A stretch of DNA of 63,257 bases, counting the filler, from Octopus bimaculoides (lineage: Eukaryota), in the NCBI RefSeq assembly GCF_001194135.2. It is 7 parts of 7 records of this genome, joined end to end, with 100 filler letters (N's around TTAATTAATTAA, not from the genome) between each part and the next. Parts side by side here need not be neighbours in the genome. Positions count along the whole stretch, not along the records: positions 50,309 to 55,598 come from NC_068985.1; positions 55,699 to 61,768 come from NC_068997.1; positions 61,869 to 63,257 come from NC_068986.1; 4 more parts are not named here. One strand, written 5' to 3'. How positions within the stretch are numbered: the stretch's first letter is position 1; the number at the start of each line of letters is the position of its first letter. A model generated the notes under the pieces. The model did no database searches. It was not told the origin of the DNA and saw only the letters and a program-made list of their open reading frames with translations. The translations under genes and the position numbers were made by a program. Shown here in pieces: positions 51,236 through 62,830 of the stretch.

Positions 51236-52438
51236 TGTAATTTCAAAAAACGTATCCTAATATTTAAAAATTCAATAAGAAAAGTAGAAAAATCTGTACG
51301 TTTAAGCAATATTTAGTACAATTAATAAAGTGTCATGGTTTTATAATAATAATCATAATAATAATAAGCATCTGTCAAGTTAAAAGCATAAAACGTCTAT
51401 TGAAGCAATGCTTTCTGAAGATTAAGAAAACGAAACATATATAAAGATAATGAAATTAACTATTAAATGAATTAGGACGTTCAAAAGTATTAGGAAAAAG
51501 AACATCATCACTTATCTTAATGAAGATTCTTTGTAGACTGCGGTTATTACCTATGAGGCATAGAATTTATATGATGTGTATCACGTGACAAAATGGCGTT
51601 TATTCGTGACCACAAATATTAAAATCACCATGTAGAATTAAAGTATGTGAGACACGTGACAATATGGCGTAGAAAGAGAGAACTTTCGTTCTCCATATCC
51701 TCATGCTGACTCATATTTCGTGAGTAAAATTGGGTCAAAGGAAACCGTGTAGAAGCCCCCGTGATTTGTATATGTAATTCAATCGTCCCTTACCTCACCG
51801 TTAGACTCAGTTACTCCCATTTTCTATAGCCACGGGTGGTTCCGTACACCTGGTGTGGAATTCGATCATTAGAAACTGTATGGAAGCCCTTTGGATTTTA
51901 TCTGTAATTGTTGCATTGTCCCCCGCTGAACCCGTCTATGTGTACAGATATCTGCGGAATACACAACCATTTATACATTTATTCAAGGATTCTGGTTGTT
52001 CTATTCATCGACGAAATGATGTACCATGGTCGGAAAATATGACGGAAATCCAAAGATTACTTCCGTTACATAGAAACGGTATTAGCATTTCATCTGCTAA
52101 AACAACCGTTCTATTTGTTAGACTATCTGAACAAATTTGGTTCTATCTTCAGTTAGAAACCAAACAGTTTTCAGCTTGTTTATTTCATATCACCACTAGA
52201 AGCTTTAATACTGCTGCCGATTAAAACATCAACAGAGAAACTAAACAAAGAATATATATATATTCTTTTCTACTCTAGGCACAAGACCCTGGTACTTAAT
52301 TTATCAACCCCGAAAGGATGAAAGGCAAAGTCGACCTCGGCGAAGTTTGACCTCAGAACGTAAGCACAGACGAAATGCAGCTAAGCATTTCACCCGGCGT
52401 GCTAACGTTTCTGACAGCTCGGCGCCTTAAAGAATATA

Positions 52439-52990
52439 CGAGGGTGAGTCAAAAATTAATACCATTTTGTTTAGGACAGGTATAATTAGCAAGACAGGAA
52501 CATGTATCATACATCAAAATGAAGCTGGTCCTCTGTGGATCACATCCGTAGTTCTCAACATAGTCACCGTTCCTCTCAATAGCAATGTTCCACCTTTGAA
52601 TGAGAGCAGGTATCCCTGCCCCATAAAATTCTGTTGACTGTTCTTTGAGCTACTTCTTCACTACAGTTTTTACTTCTTCGTCACTGGACTATCATCACTT
52701 CAGCCCTATGAAAGAGGGTTTGAGAGCCAAACATTATTCCAGTGACGAGGAAGTGAAAACTGTAGTGAAGAAGTGGCTCAAAGAACAGTCAACAGAATTT
52801 TACGGGGTAGAGATACATGCTCTCATTCGAAGGTGGAACATTACTATTGAGAGAAACGGTGACTATGTTGAGAAGTAGGGATGTGATCCATAGAGGACCA
52901 GCTTCATTTTGTTGCATGATACATGTTCCTGTGTTGGTAATTATGCCTGTCTTAAACAAAATGGCGGCATTACTTTTTGATTCACCCTCG
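52439..52990. mobile_element. Mariner fold-back element, copy 2 (spacer in opposite orientation to copy 1)
   Basis: TA|cgagggtgagtc...ttcaccctcg|TA. Arms 52439-52688 and 52738-52990. The spacer encodes DYHHFSPMKEGLRAKHY on the plus strand. Confidence 0.92.
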
Positions 52991-55698
52991 TATATATTAC
53001 ATTCAATTGTCAAAACTACGATTGATTCTCTCTTTCTTAGCTTCGCCTTCTTTTCTCTGTGCCTACTCTAAATGCATTGACACTTCTGGTTAAATATGTT
53101 AAACGATACAGTGATGATATGCCCTCACAGTATTCTTTTCAGCTATTTCTATCCTAAGTTTAAATATGATAAAATCGATCACAGCCAAAACTTGGGAAGT
53201 TGACAGTTTTCCTTTAGGTAAAGAAAATACTTTGGAAGCGGGTGGCAGACTTGTTATTTCAAAGATGGCGGTGAAAATGTTTTATTTTTGTGAAGCATTT
53301 GTATGTAAGTAGTTGAAAGGAATGTCCAGGTAGCTGCTAAGGAATGTCCAGAGAAGTACAATTCTTTGGTTAAAAAAAAATCAATTTTTTGTTTCAGCGA
53401 CTGGAAAAACTGTTTTTCTGCATCAATTATTTGTTTTTTTTTATTGGTAATTTTAGTTTGTTATTTTTTATTTGTATGTGTGTGTAGGGGCATGCGTGTG
53501 TGCAAACTTTATCGATCGCCATTATCTACCACCTTCTGGTGCAAAGTATCATAAAATACGGTTTTATTTCTTTATGTATTCCAAGTTCAAAAGAAACTTC
53601 TTAGGATTCTCCCAAGATGCATTGAATTGTTTTCATAGAGTAGAATTATTCTGTATTGTGTTAGAAACTGTTATTATTATTTAGGAAACTCACGTCTATC
53701 TTCACACAAGTTAGTGGTCACCCATTACGTTTTTAGATATATTCCTGAATATAAAAGCCTGTGTGTGAGTGCACCAATCAATAGCAGAATAAGCTTAGCA
53801 TCGTTGTGCTTCTGTTTGTATACATATCACAATATATATCTGCCTTTTCCTACCCATTAATGTCTGAGTTCGATGTTCTTTAATGTACGCGTGTATTTTT
53901 ACTTCTGTAGACTCAATGTTCGAGTCTACAAGTGATTTTTTTCTGTATCAATAATACATATCTGTATGTATGTTTATGCTTGTGTTGAGGTATGTATACG
54001 TGTGTGTTTCTATCAATGGAGCATATGACTACATTCATTGCCTTACGAAAAGTATATATATATATATATATATATATATTCGTTTTGCAAGATTCTTGAT
54101 GTGAATTCGTGTGTTGAAACAGATATTGTTGTATTTGGAGATGGTCATGTTGCTAGTTTAGCCAATAAAAACACACGCACTGTATATTTGGTGTTAATTT
54201 GCTTCAGCTTTATTTTACATTAATCGTATTTCGGCCACAGTTCTTTCGTCACATTTCTGTGACCTCATCAGTGGTCCTTTGCTTTCTTCTTTCTTTTTTG
54301 TTTTTCATTTCTAATGATCAGTTATTTTGTGTGTCTTTCCTTTTGTGTGTCCTTNNNNNNNNNNNNNNNNNNNNNNNNNNNNNNNNNNNNNNNNNNNNNN
54401 NNNNNNNNNNNNNNNNNNNNNNNNNNNNNNNNNNNNNNNNNNNNNNNNNNNNNNNNNNNNNNNNNNNNNNNNNNNNNNNNNNNNNNNNNNNNNNNNNNNN
54501 NNNNNNNNNNNNNNNNNNNNNNNNNNNNNNNNNNNNNNNNNNNNNNNNNNNNNNNNNNNNNNNNNNNNNNNNNNNNNNNNNNNNNNNNNNNNNNNNNNNN
54601 NNNNNNNNNNNNNNNNNNNNNNNNNNNNNNNNNNNNNNNNNNNNNNNNNNNNNNNNNNNNNNNNNNNNNNNNNNNNNNNNNNNNNNNNNNNNNNNNNNNN
54701 NNNNNNNNNNNNNNNNNNTATATATTTATATATATATCAGAAAAAAGTTTAAAATAATGGTCATTACATATACTTCCTTTATTGGAATAAATTTAGCTTA
54801 CAGCTGTTTCCAGTAGTCATTCTAAGTACATTGCTGAGAGGGTTGTTCAATTGGTCTATTCATCAAGTGTGGTCGATTTAACGTCCAAAGAAAATTAATG
54901 CTACTTTCGTCAGAGCCATTTCTGGAAATAACAAGCAGAGCCCTTGAGGAATGGGTATTGCGTGGGGAAGGTGGGGCAAGATTGGATGTCCAGTTAGAAT
55001 AGAGAACAGAGGAAAAGAGTTTACAAAGGGTTGGGAGCGACAGCAGCAGCAGCAGTAGTAGTAGTAGTAGTAGTAGTAGTAGAGGTATTGCATTGCCAAA
55101 TTTGGAGGAGGGACAGTCATGAAGATGGGTGAGCACCAATTACCATATTGGATATACGTTAGATACTCTCCAGTCATTGTGTTGAAATCTGATATTGGTT
55201 TTTCATGGACATGGATCGGTCTGATACAGTAATTTTCAGCTTTTAATCTAGTATAATGGAGGATTAATGTCAGAGTTAAAGTATACTATTTTTATTCATA
55301 TAATAGACGTCATGAAAGCTCTCATTATCAGGATATAAATATTTCTTTCTTTATTGCTCACAAGGGGCTAAACATAGAGGGGACAAACAAGGACAGACAA
55401 AGGGATTAAGTCGATTAGATCGACCCTAGTGCGTAACTGGTACTTATTTAATCGACCCCGAAAGGATGAAAGGCAAAGTCGACCTTGACGGAATTTGAAC
55501 TCGGAACGTAACGGTAGACGAAATACCGCTAAGCATTTCGCCCGGCGTGCTAAAATTTCTGCCAGCTCGCTGCCTTCCATCAATTGCACATTCATTTCNN
55601 NNNNNNNNNNNNNNNNNNNNNNNNNNNNNNNNNNNNNNNNNNTTAATTAATTAANNNNNNNNNNNNNNNNNNNNNNNNNNNNNNNNNNNNNNNNNNNN

Positions 55699-55734
<36 letters not shown>

Positions 55735-56230
55735 CCTATATGTGCACATATATATTACATACACGCGCGCGCACACACATGCATGTATGTATGTATGTAT
55801 GTATGTATTTATGTATGTTTGTATATATATATATATGTATGTGTATACACAAGTGCATACACAGAATTTGGTACGCACACAATTAAGTTGGTCCGAGGCT
55901 ATAGAAGAAGACACTCGCTCAGTGTGTCACGCGGTGGGACTGAACCCGAAACCATGTGGTTAGGAAGCAAGATTTGTTGTTATTCACTTGTAAATAACTG
56001 TCAGCTGGATGAAATCTTTTGGCTGTGTGATAAGGACACATGGTTCCGGGTTCAATCCCACTGCGTGGCATCTTGGACATTTGTTTTCTACTATAGCCAC
56101 GGGTCGACCAAAGCCTTGTGAGTGGATTTGGTAGAGGGAAACTGAAAGAAGTCCGTCGTATACACACACACACACATACACATACACACACACACATACA
56201 CATACATACATACACACATACATATATACA

Positions 56231-56261
<31 letters not shown>

Positions 56262-56281
56262 GTGAAGAATGCGAAACTTAC

Positions 56282-56424
56282 CGATATTCACATATATACC
56301 GGAAATATGTATACTGCCGCCACTTCCGCCTCCTCCTGGGCCCGATTTATCATAGCAGCCAGTAGGATTATAAGACTGACAAAGTATCCCCGACGATTTA
56401 CAAGTTGATGGACACATGAAACAT
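56282..56424 (-). CDS. Exon C of the Gly/Cys-rich protein (CFMCPSTCKSSGILCQSYNPTGCYDKSGPGGGGSGGSIHISGIYVNI[G])
   Basis: Strong acceptor ctttctctgtcttttcttccgaacag|A, 143 nt (1+47 codons+1), donor CG|gtaagt. It starts in phase 2 while exon B ends in phase 1, so one intervening exon is missing, probably in the 58381-59184 gap. Confidence 0.85.
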
Positions 56425-56675
56425 CTGTTCGGAAGAAAAGACAGAGAAAGCAGAGACAGAGAAAGGAGAAAGAGTGTGAGAGAGAGGGAGAGAGAGAGGG
56501 AGAGAGAGAGAGAGAAAGAGAGAGAGAGGAGAAGGAGAGAGAGACATAGAGAGAAACAGACACAGGGAGAGAAAGTAGGGAGGGAAGGAAGAAAAAAGAG
56601 AAAACGAGTAAATTAATAGCACAGAAAAGATTGTAACACCTCACTATCCTATCCACAAGTACACACACACACACA

Positions 56676-56743
<68 letters not shown>

Positions 56744-57309
56744 TGCATATGAACCTAGAATTACGAAAACATATATGCATGTGTGGGTGTGTATATATGT
56801 ACATACAGGCATATACACACACATAGACACACACATGCACACACATGTAAATATATATATATTAATAATGAGAGAATTTTTGAGATTGAAATTGTTATAC
56901 TTTATTAATGCATTGCTACATATGTTTCTGCATAACACGTATTTGTTTTTGACTACATTCTCATATCTACAGCATACTTTTAAATACTATTTATATCCCT
57001 GAATCTTTAGAGAGTCCATTATTTCACATGTATACTTTCTTCAGGAATTCTGCATTAACACCTAGAGATATAAAATAATATTTAATAGGATGTTTTGAAT
57101 GTGAGAATGTAGTCAGAAACAAATGCAGAAACAGATATAGCAATGCATTAATAGAATATAATAAAAAAAAAAATCCGCCAAATTTTGTCGTTATTAATAT
57201 ACTTATCCTACTCTGTATAAAGCACCGCTTAAATAACAACTCCCACATGCACACTAACGCACACACGCACACAGATGTGTGCGCGGGTGTGTCAATGTAT
57301 GTCTAAGCG

Positions 57310-57530
57310 TATACAGAGAATAAGCTGGGATGACAGAATAGTAAAAACTGCAGTAGTACAAAGGCTGAAAGTGGAAAAGATACCAGTTGACGGGAATGAA
57401 GTCAACAAAGTTGTCATACTTTAGACATAGAATGCGTCAAAAGTCACTGGTCAAGTCCATCTTAAAAGGACATGCGGAGGAGAAAAGATTAAAAGTGAAC
57501 TTGAAACAAAAGCCTGGTTGTTTTAAGCAT
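57310..57530 (+). mobile_element. RTE-type LINE C-terminal fragment
   Basis: RISWDDRIVKTAVVQRL...KLSYFRHRMRQKSLVKSILKGHAEEKR matches the RI.W..R.TN / KL.YFGH / SLEK.IL.G..EGKR pattern. Confidence 0.65.
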
Positions 57531-57680
57531 GATATATATAAAAAAAGAGGGCTAGAGAGACACATGGAAAGCCGAGCGTATCTGTGGAGTCCTCAGCCAC
57601 TCGCATGTTAATCTCACGAGCAAGCTGCTCCGTTGACTGGATCAACTGGGACCCTCGTCGTCGTAAGCGACGGAGTGCCA

Positions 57681-57720
<40 letters not shown>

Positions 57721-57874
57721 TTCAATAATAGGACGAATTCTTTTACAAGAATTTATCAAGTAGCTAGCNNNNNNNNNNNNNNNNNNNNNNNNNNNNNNNN
57801 NNNNNNNNNNNNNNNNNNNNNNNNNNNNNNNNNNNNNNNNNNNNNNNNNNTATATATATATATATATATATATA

Positions 57875-57912
<38 letters not shown>

Positions 57913-58336
57913 CGCACGCGTGCGTGTTTCTTTGTGGCCGTTTCTCCCCTACCAACACTTGACAATCGGTGTTGGTGTGTTTACGTCCCTATTAGCAGTT
58001 CAGCTAAAGAGAATGATGGTATAGGTATCAGGCTTAAAAAAATATAAGCACTGGGGTCGATTCATTCGCCTAAAAATTCGTCAAGGTGGTGCCCCAGCAT
58101 GGGCACAATCTAATGATTGAAACAAGTAAAGGGGGCACAATACATACACACAGATACATACATTTGCATGTAGAGGTAAACGTTTATAGACAATCACAAG
58201 TCGTTTTTGCTGGTGTAAGGGAGGTAACTCCTGCTGCTAATGCTGACTAATTACCGCATACCTAAGACGTTTAACTTCACGAATAGGCACACACGTACAC
58301 ACAGTGACAACACACGCGCACAATACACACACACAC

Positions 58337-58380
<44 letters not shown>

Positions 58381-59206
58381 NNNNNNNNNNNNNNNNNNNN
58401 NNNNNNNNNNNNNNNNNNNNNNNNNNNNNNNNNNNNNNNNNNNNNNNNNNNNNNNNNNNNNNNNNNNNNNNNNNNNNNNNNNNNNNNNNNNNNNNNNNNN
58501 NNNNNNNNNNNNNNNNNNNNNNNNNNNNNNNNNNNNNNNNNNNNNNNNNNNNNNNNNNNNNNNNNNNNNNNNNNNNNNNNNNNNNNNNNNNNNNNNNNNN
58601 NNNNNNNNNNNNNNNNNNNNNNNNNNNNNNNNNNNNNNNNNNNNNNNNNNNNNNNNNNNNNNNNNNNNNNNNNNNNNNNNNNNNNNNNNNNNNNNNNNNN
58701 NNNNNNNNNNNNNNNNNNNNNNNNNNNNNNNNNNNNNNNNNNNNNNNNNNNNNNNNNNNNNNNNNNNNNNNNNNNNNNNNNNNNNNNNNNNNNNNNNNNN
58801 NNNNNNNNNNNNNNNNNNNNNNNNNNNNNNNNNNNNNNNNNNNNNNNNNNNNNNNNNNNNNNNNNNNNNNNNNNNNNNNNNNNNNNNNNNNNNNNNNNNN
58901 NNNNNNNNNNNNNNNNNNNNNNNNNNNNNNNNNNNNNNNNNNNNNNNNNNNNNNNNNNNNNNNNNNNNNNNNNNNNNNNNNNNNNNNNNNNNNNNNNNNN
59001 NNNNNNNNNNNNNNNNNNNNNNNNNNNNNNNNNNNNNNNNNNNNNNNNNNNNNNNNNNNNNNNNNNNNNNNNNNNNNNNNNNNNNNNNNNNNNNNNNNNN
59101 NNNNNNNNNNNNNNNNNNNNNNNNNNNNNNNNNNNNNNNNNNNNNNNNNNNNNNNNNNNNNNNNNNNNNNNNNNNNNNNNNNNNTCATTTTAAATTTGCT
59201 TTAACT

Positions 59207-59258
59207 TTAACCCTAACCCTAACCCTAACCCTAGGGTTAGGGTTAGGGTTAGGGTTAA
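59207..59258. repeat. Perfect 52-bp palindrome TTAA(CCCTAA)3CCCT-AGGG(TTAGGG)3TTAA
   Basis: Read directly from the sequence; centre between 59232 and 59233. Confidence 0.92.
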
Positions 59259-60254
59259 TTGTTTCAGAATCGTTTGTTTATGTAGTCGGCACTTAATGTA
59301 TATCGGCTGAATGGACGTCAGTGATTCGTTGAAATTACAGAAATACGACAACTTTAACATGGAATAATTTATGGATTTCTTTTTTTTTTAAAGAAGACTA
59401 AGAGAAAAAGATGTTTTATATGACACATTCTACCAGTGTTCCAAGTTTCAAAGTGTTTCGTTAATGAAAAATGTGGCCCCCGTTTTAAAAAAGATCCATA
59501 ATACGTAAATAATACGTAAATGAATTTGATCTAAGCATTAATTTAATTATGCAAACAAATATTATTGAATGGAATGTTATAATGCTTATGCATGTGTGTG
59601 CATGTGTGTGTATGTGTGTGTATGTGTGCCTTGTGCATGTACTATATAAATGTATGTGTTCATGCGCATGTATACATATACACACATAATCGATTCGACG
59701 GCATTTGAATACAAAACCTAAAGGGAGGTAATAAAATATAACCCGCATTTTACCCACTGTTCTATCAACTCTGCACTCCACCATTGTCTAAATTAGACAC
59801 AAGGCCAAAATTTTTAGGGCTGCAGGTTTGTCGATTGCATTGATCCCAGAATTCGACGAGTATTTTATTTTATCGATCCTGGAAGGATGAAAGGCAAAGT
59901 TGATCTCTGCAGTATTGGGACTCGAAACATAAAGATCCAAAAGATATGCTGTTAAGCAATAAGGTGTTTGTTCTTCATTTTTTTTCGACTCCGGGTGGAT
60001 AAAAAGCGAGGTTGAGTTCATTTCGATAGGATTTGATCTCAGACTGCAGATATTCGAAACTATGTCCAAGACGTTCTAATGTGTCTATTCACAGAAGTAA
60101 AACCTGAACCTGGATGAGATTTGAGATTTGTATGTAACACCAGATAACCAAATCACAATGTATTTTATACAATACATTACTGAATTTGCCATCAATCCAC
60201 TTAAGTAACTTTCCCTTCCACCTATGAATTAAAAAATTGATAAGCGAGTCTAAC

Positions 60255-60403
60255 CTCTAGGAGAATGATCCATGTTGAGTGGATTTCCACCACTTCCGCC
60301 ACCTGATCCCATGTACAGAAGACTGAACTGTCCACTGTATTTATTGATCTCGCCAGCTTCACCAGAGCCTGCCGATTTGGTCGACCTTGCTGAACCGCCC
60401 CGT
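60255..60403 (-). CDS. Exon B of the Gly-rich protein (RGGSARSTKSAGSGEAGEINKYSGQFSLLYMGSGGGSGGNPLNMDHSPR[G])
   Basis: Acceptor ttatacattttcag|A, 149 nt (1+49 codons+1), donor AG|gttaga. GG from exon A plus A gives GGA (Gly), so the frame is continuous. Confidence 0.85.
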
Positions 60404-61127
60404 CTGAAAATGTATAATAATAATAATAATACTAACAATAATAATAAAAACAAAACAACAACAACAACAACAACAATAATAATAATGATTTCAAATTTTT
60501 CCACAACGGCAGTAATTTTTGGGGGAGGGGATGAGTCGATTACATCGATACCAGTGTTTAACTGGTACTTATTTTATCGACCCCGAAAGGATGAAAGGTA
60601 AAGTCGACCTTAAACATTTGAACATGTTCCTTGGTGGTTGACGATATATGCATCTCTGATTATGAGAAGAAACAGTGGAGTGGTTAGCATCATAGCCATG
60701 TGTTGAGCCATGTGTTGTAATTCACTTCTGGAAGCACGGATGTTTCGTTCAACACCATAAACAACCTTTATTCAGGAACCTTTAGAGCGGGATGAGCCAC
60801 TCGACCTGAAGAAAATTATGACTGGATCCCACCTGCAATGTCATGCGCTGTTTATCTTGATATGAGGTCATCATATCGCGCACATATAGTTGTGATGCAT
60901 GTGCCTGATGTACCCTCATCAAACGGGTAGTCATGATGAGTATACTGGCCTCCATATATTTTACCCCAGTGTCACTTTGATGGAATGCACTGCTCTCTCA
61001 CTCAGCAACAACAACGATAATAACAAAAAATACACTAACCCCCGTCGAGAGAGGTGGCTAGTAGAGTACATCACGTCCAGTACTCCACTTCACCCCTCGC
61101 ACTAAAAAAGCCACTCGTGATAAACAG

Positions 61128-61520
61128 ATCCTTCATGCTAAAATGTCTCACGTACAACAAAGACACCCATCGTTTTAAAAAGATCCTACGTACTAAAAAT
61201 CCCTCGCTCTCAAAAGGCGCCACGTTCTAAAAAGGCTCATCTTTCTAAAAGAGGCCCCACATTCTTAAAAAAGTCCTTCATTCAAAAAAGTTCCTCGTTC
61301 TAAAAATGCTCCTTATACTAAGAAAGTCCCTCGTTCTAAAAAGGTCCCTCATGCCAAAAAAGATTACTCGTTTTAGTAAAGGCTTCTCTTTTTAAAGGGG
61401 GACACTCGTCTTAAGAAAGCCCCTTCATCTAAAAACACTCTTCGTTCTAAAAAGGTACTCAGATCTTAAACTTTCCCTCGTGAAAAAACGGTACCTTGTT
61501 CTATAAAGGTCCCGCATTTC
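61128..61520 (+). repeat. Degenerate 18-bp minisatellite (consensus about AAGGTCCCTCGTTCTAAA), roughly 20 units
   Basis: Units include ggcgccacgttctaaaaa, agttcctcgttctaaaaa, agtccctcgttctaaaaa, ggtccctcatgccaaaaa and cactcttcgttctaaaaa. It lies in the intron between exons A and B. Confidence 0.85.
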
Positions 61521-61571
61521 TGACGCAGAGAATCAGTTATTAGGTTACAAGAAAGGAAGTGGTTCACTTAC

Positions 61572-61689
61572 CCAAGTGTCCCGTGACTACCTCCACCACC
61601 GGGTCGGCCAGCATCTGTCGTGTTGACCTGACCAAGACCACCTCCACCTCCCCCGGCGTTCGATTTCGTAGAGATTTCACCACGTTTGT
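61572..61689 (-). CDS. Exon A of an uncharacterised Gly-rich protein ([D]KRGEISTKSNAGGGGGGLGQVNTTDAGRPGGGGSHGTL[G])
   Basis: On the minus strand: acceptor ttattgattacag|AC, 118 nt (2+38 codons+2), donor GG|gtaagt. Its phase-2 end joins exon B in frame. Confidence 0.85.
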
Positions 61690-62649
61690 CTGTAATCAAT
61701 AACCAATATATTACCAAGAAAGGGATAAAAAAACACATTACACAAAGCAACAACAAAAGTAGTAACATNNNNNNNNNNNNNNNNNNNNNNNNNNNNNNNN
61801 NNNNNNNNNNNNTTAATTAATTAANNNNNNNNNNNNNNNNNNNNNNNNNNNNNNNNNNNNNNNNNNNNTATATGCATACACATATATGTGTGTGTGTATG
61901 TGTATATGTCTACCTATCTCTCTGCCTATGGTATGTATAAACACGCACGCGCGCAAAGAGTTACCTTTTAACGCTATTTAAAGTTTTATGGCAGTTCGAC
62001 CGATCTAGACAGCCATGCTGTTCTGTAATGAAAAACATGTATATTTTTCACGATAGACCAGCATGACTGTCTAATATTACTCTAAGGGCACCAAACATTT
62101 TAAAGTATATGTACGTACGTATGTATTATGTATGTATGAGTGTGCAAATGTATGCATGTATATATTTATATATACGTATGTATGTATATGAGTGTATGTG
62201 TACACATATACATATTTTAGGTCAGTACAGACAGCCTTCGAGTACCGTATGGTATTACTCAAACAACGGTTTGAGTACCGTATGATATTATTAAACAACG
62301 ATTACGAAAAGGAATATATGGAAGTGCTCAACAATGAAGTGAATAGCATGGTTTAGTGCGAATTTCTCAAGAAGCAGTTACTTCCTGATATGAATCCAGA
62401 ATTGCAGGCCTGGCATACCTTAACAAAGACTTCAGAGAAATGGTGTGCATAGCACAAAAAAGTGAGGCATAATTATATTGCTCGTAAAAGTTGAGAAGGA
62501 TGATAATATTTACATGAAGTTTAGTCTCTCTTGGTCATGTAGCAATTACATCACGTCACATCTGAAAATTACACTTTTGCAAACCATGGGTAAGAAATAT
62601 ACACACAATATGGAATGAACAAACGAAACAGTGAAACTCATAAACTCCC

Positions 62650-62830
62650 ATGATCCACTTTCCTGCAAAGAACATATCAGAACCAGTAAGATACTCTATC
62701 TGCTGCCCACTAACCTAGGAACCACTGTCTTTTTCTTCCTTCTTTCCACTCTCAGTGATGTAAGCATCTTGCACACTGACAGTGCTGGGAAGCCCCTACA
62801 GCCAACCTCAAATGACCACACAGATTTCTC
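62650..62830 (-). mobile_element. Second Hero/R2-group RLE fragment
   Basis: VWSFEVGCRGFPALSVCKMLTSL...AADRVSYWF, containing the EVGCRGF RLE motif. Confidence 0.7.

Noticed and set aside
51853-52224. 123-aa plus-strand ORF in unique CpG-rich sequence
   Set aside because: No recognisable motif, non-ATG start and no convincing splice pair. A minus-strand MGVTESNGE|gtaagg alternative is equally unsupported.
54792-54921. Minus-strand exon-like segment (NGSDESSINFLW...CT*) with a good acceptor
   Set aside because: In-frame stop before the donor, phase incompatible with exon C, and no homology recognised.
25634-59296. Long ORFs of 125-334 aa (25634-26751, 38997-39478, 50454-51240, 54199-54816, 58240-59296)
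   Set aside because: They are long only because they read through N-gaps.
60110-60221. Possible next exon of the Gly-rich gene after a 33-nt intron (PR-G|GR...)
   Set aside because: A 33-nt intron is implausibly short, and the downstream peptide (ESYLSGLMANS) does not follow the Gly-rich pattern.
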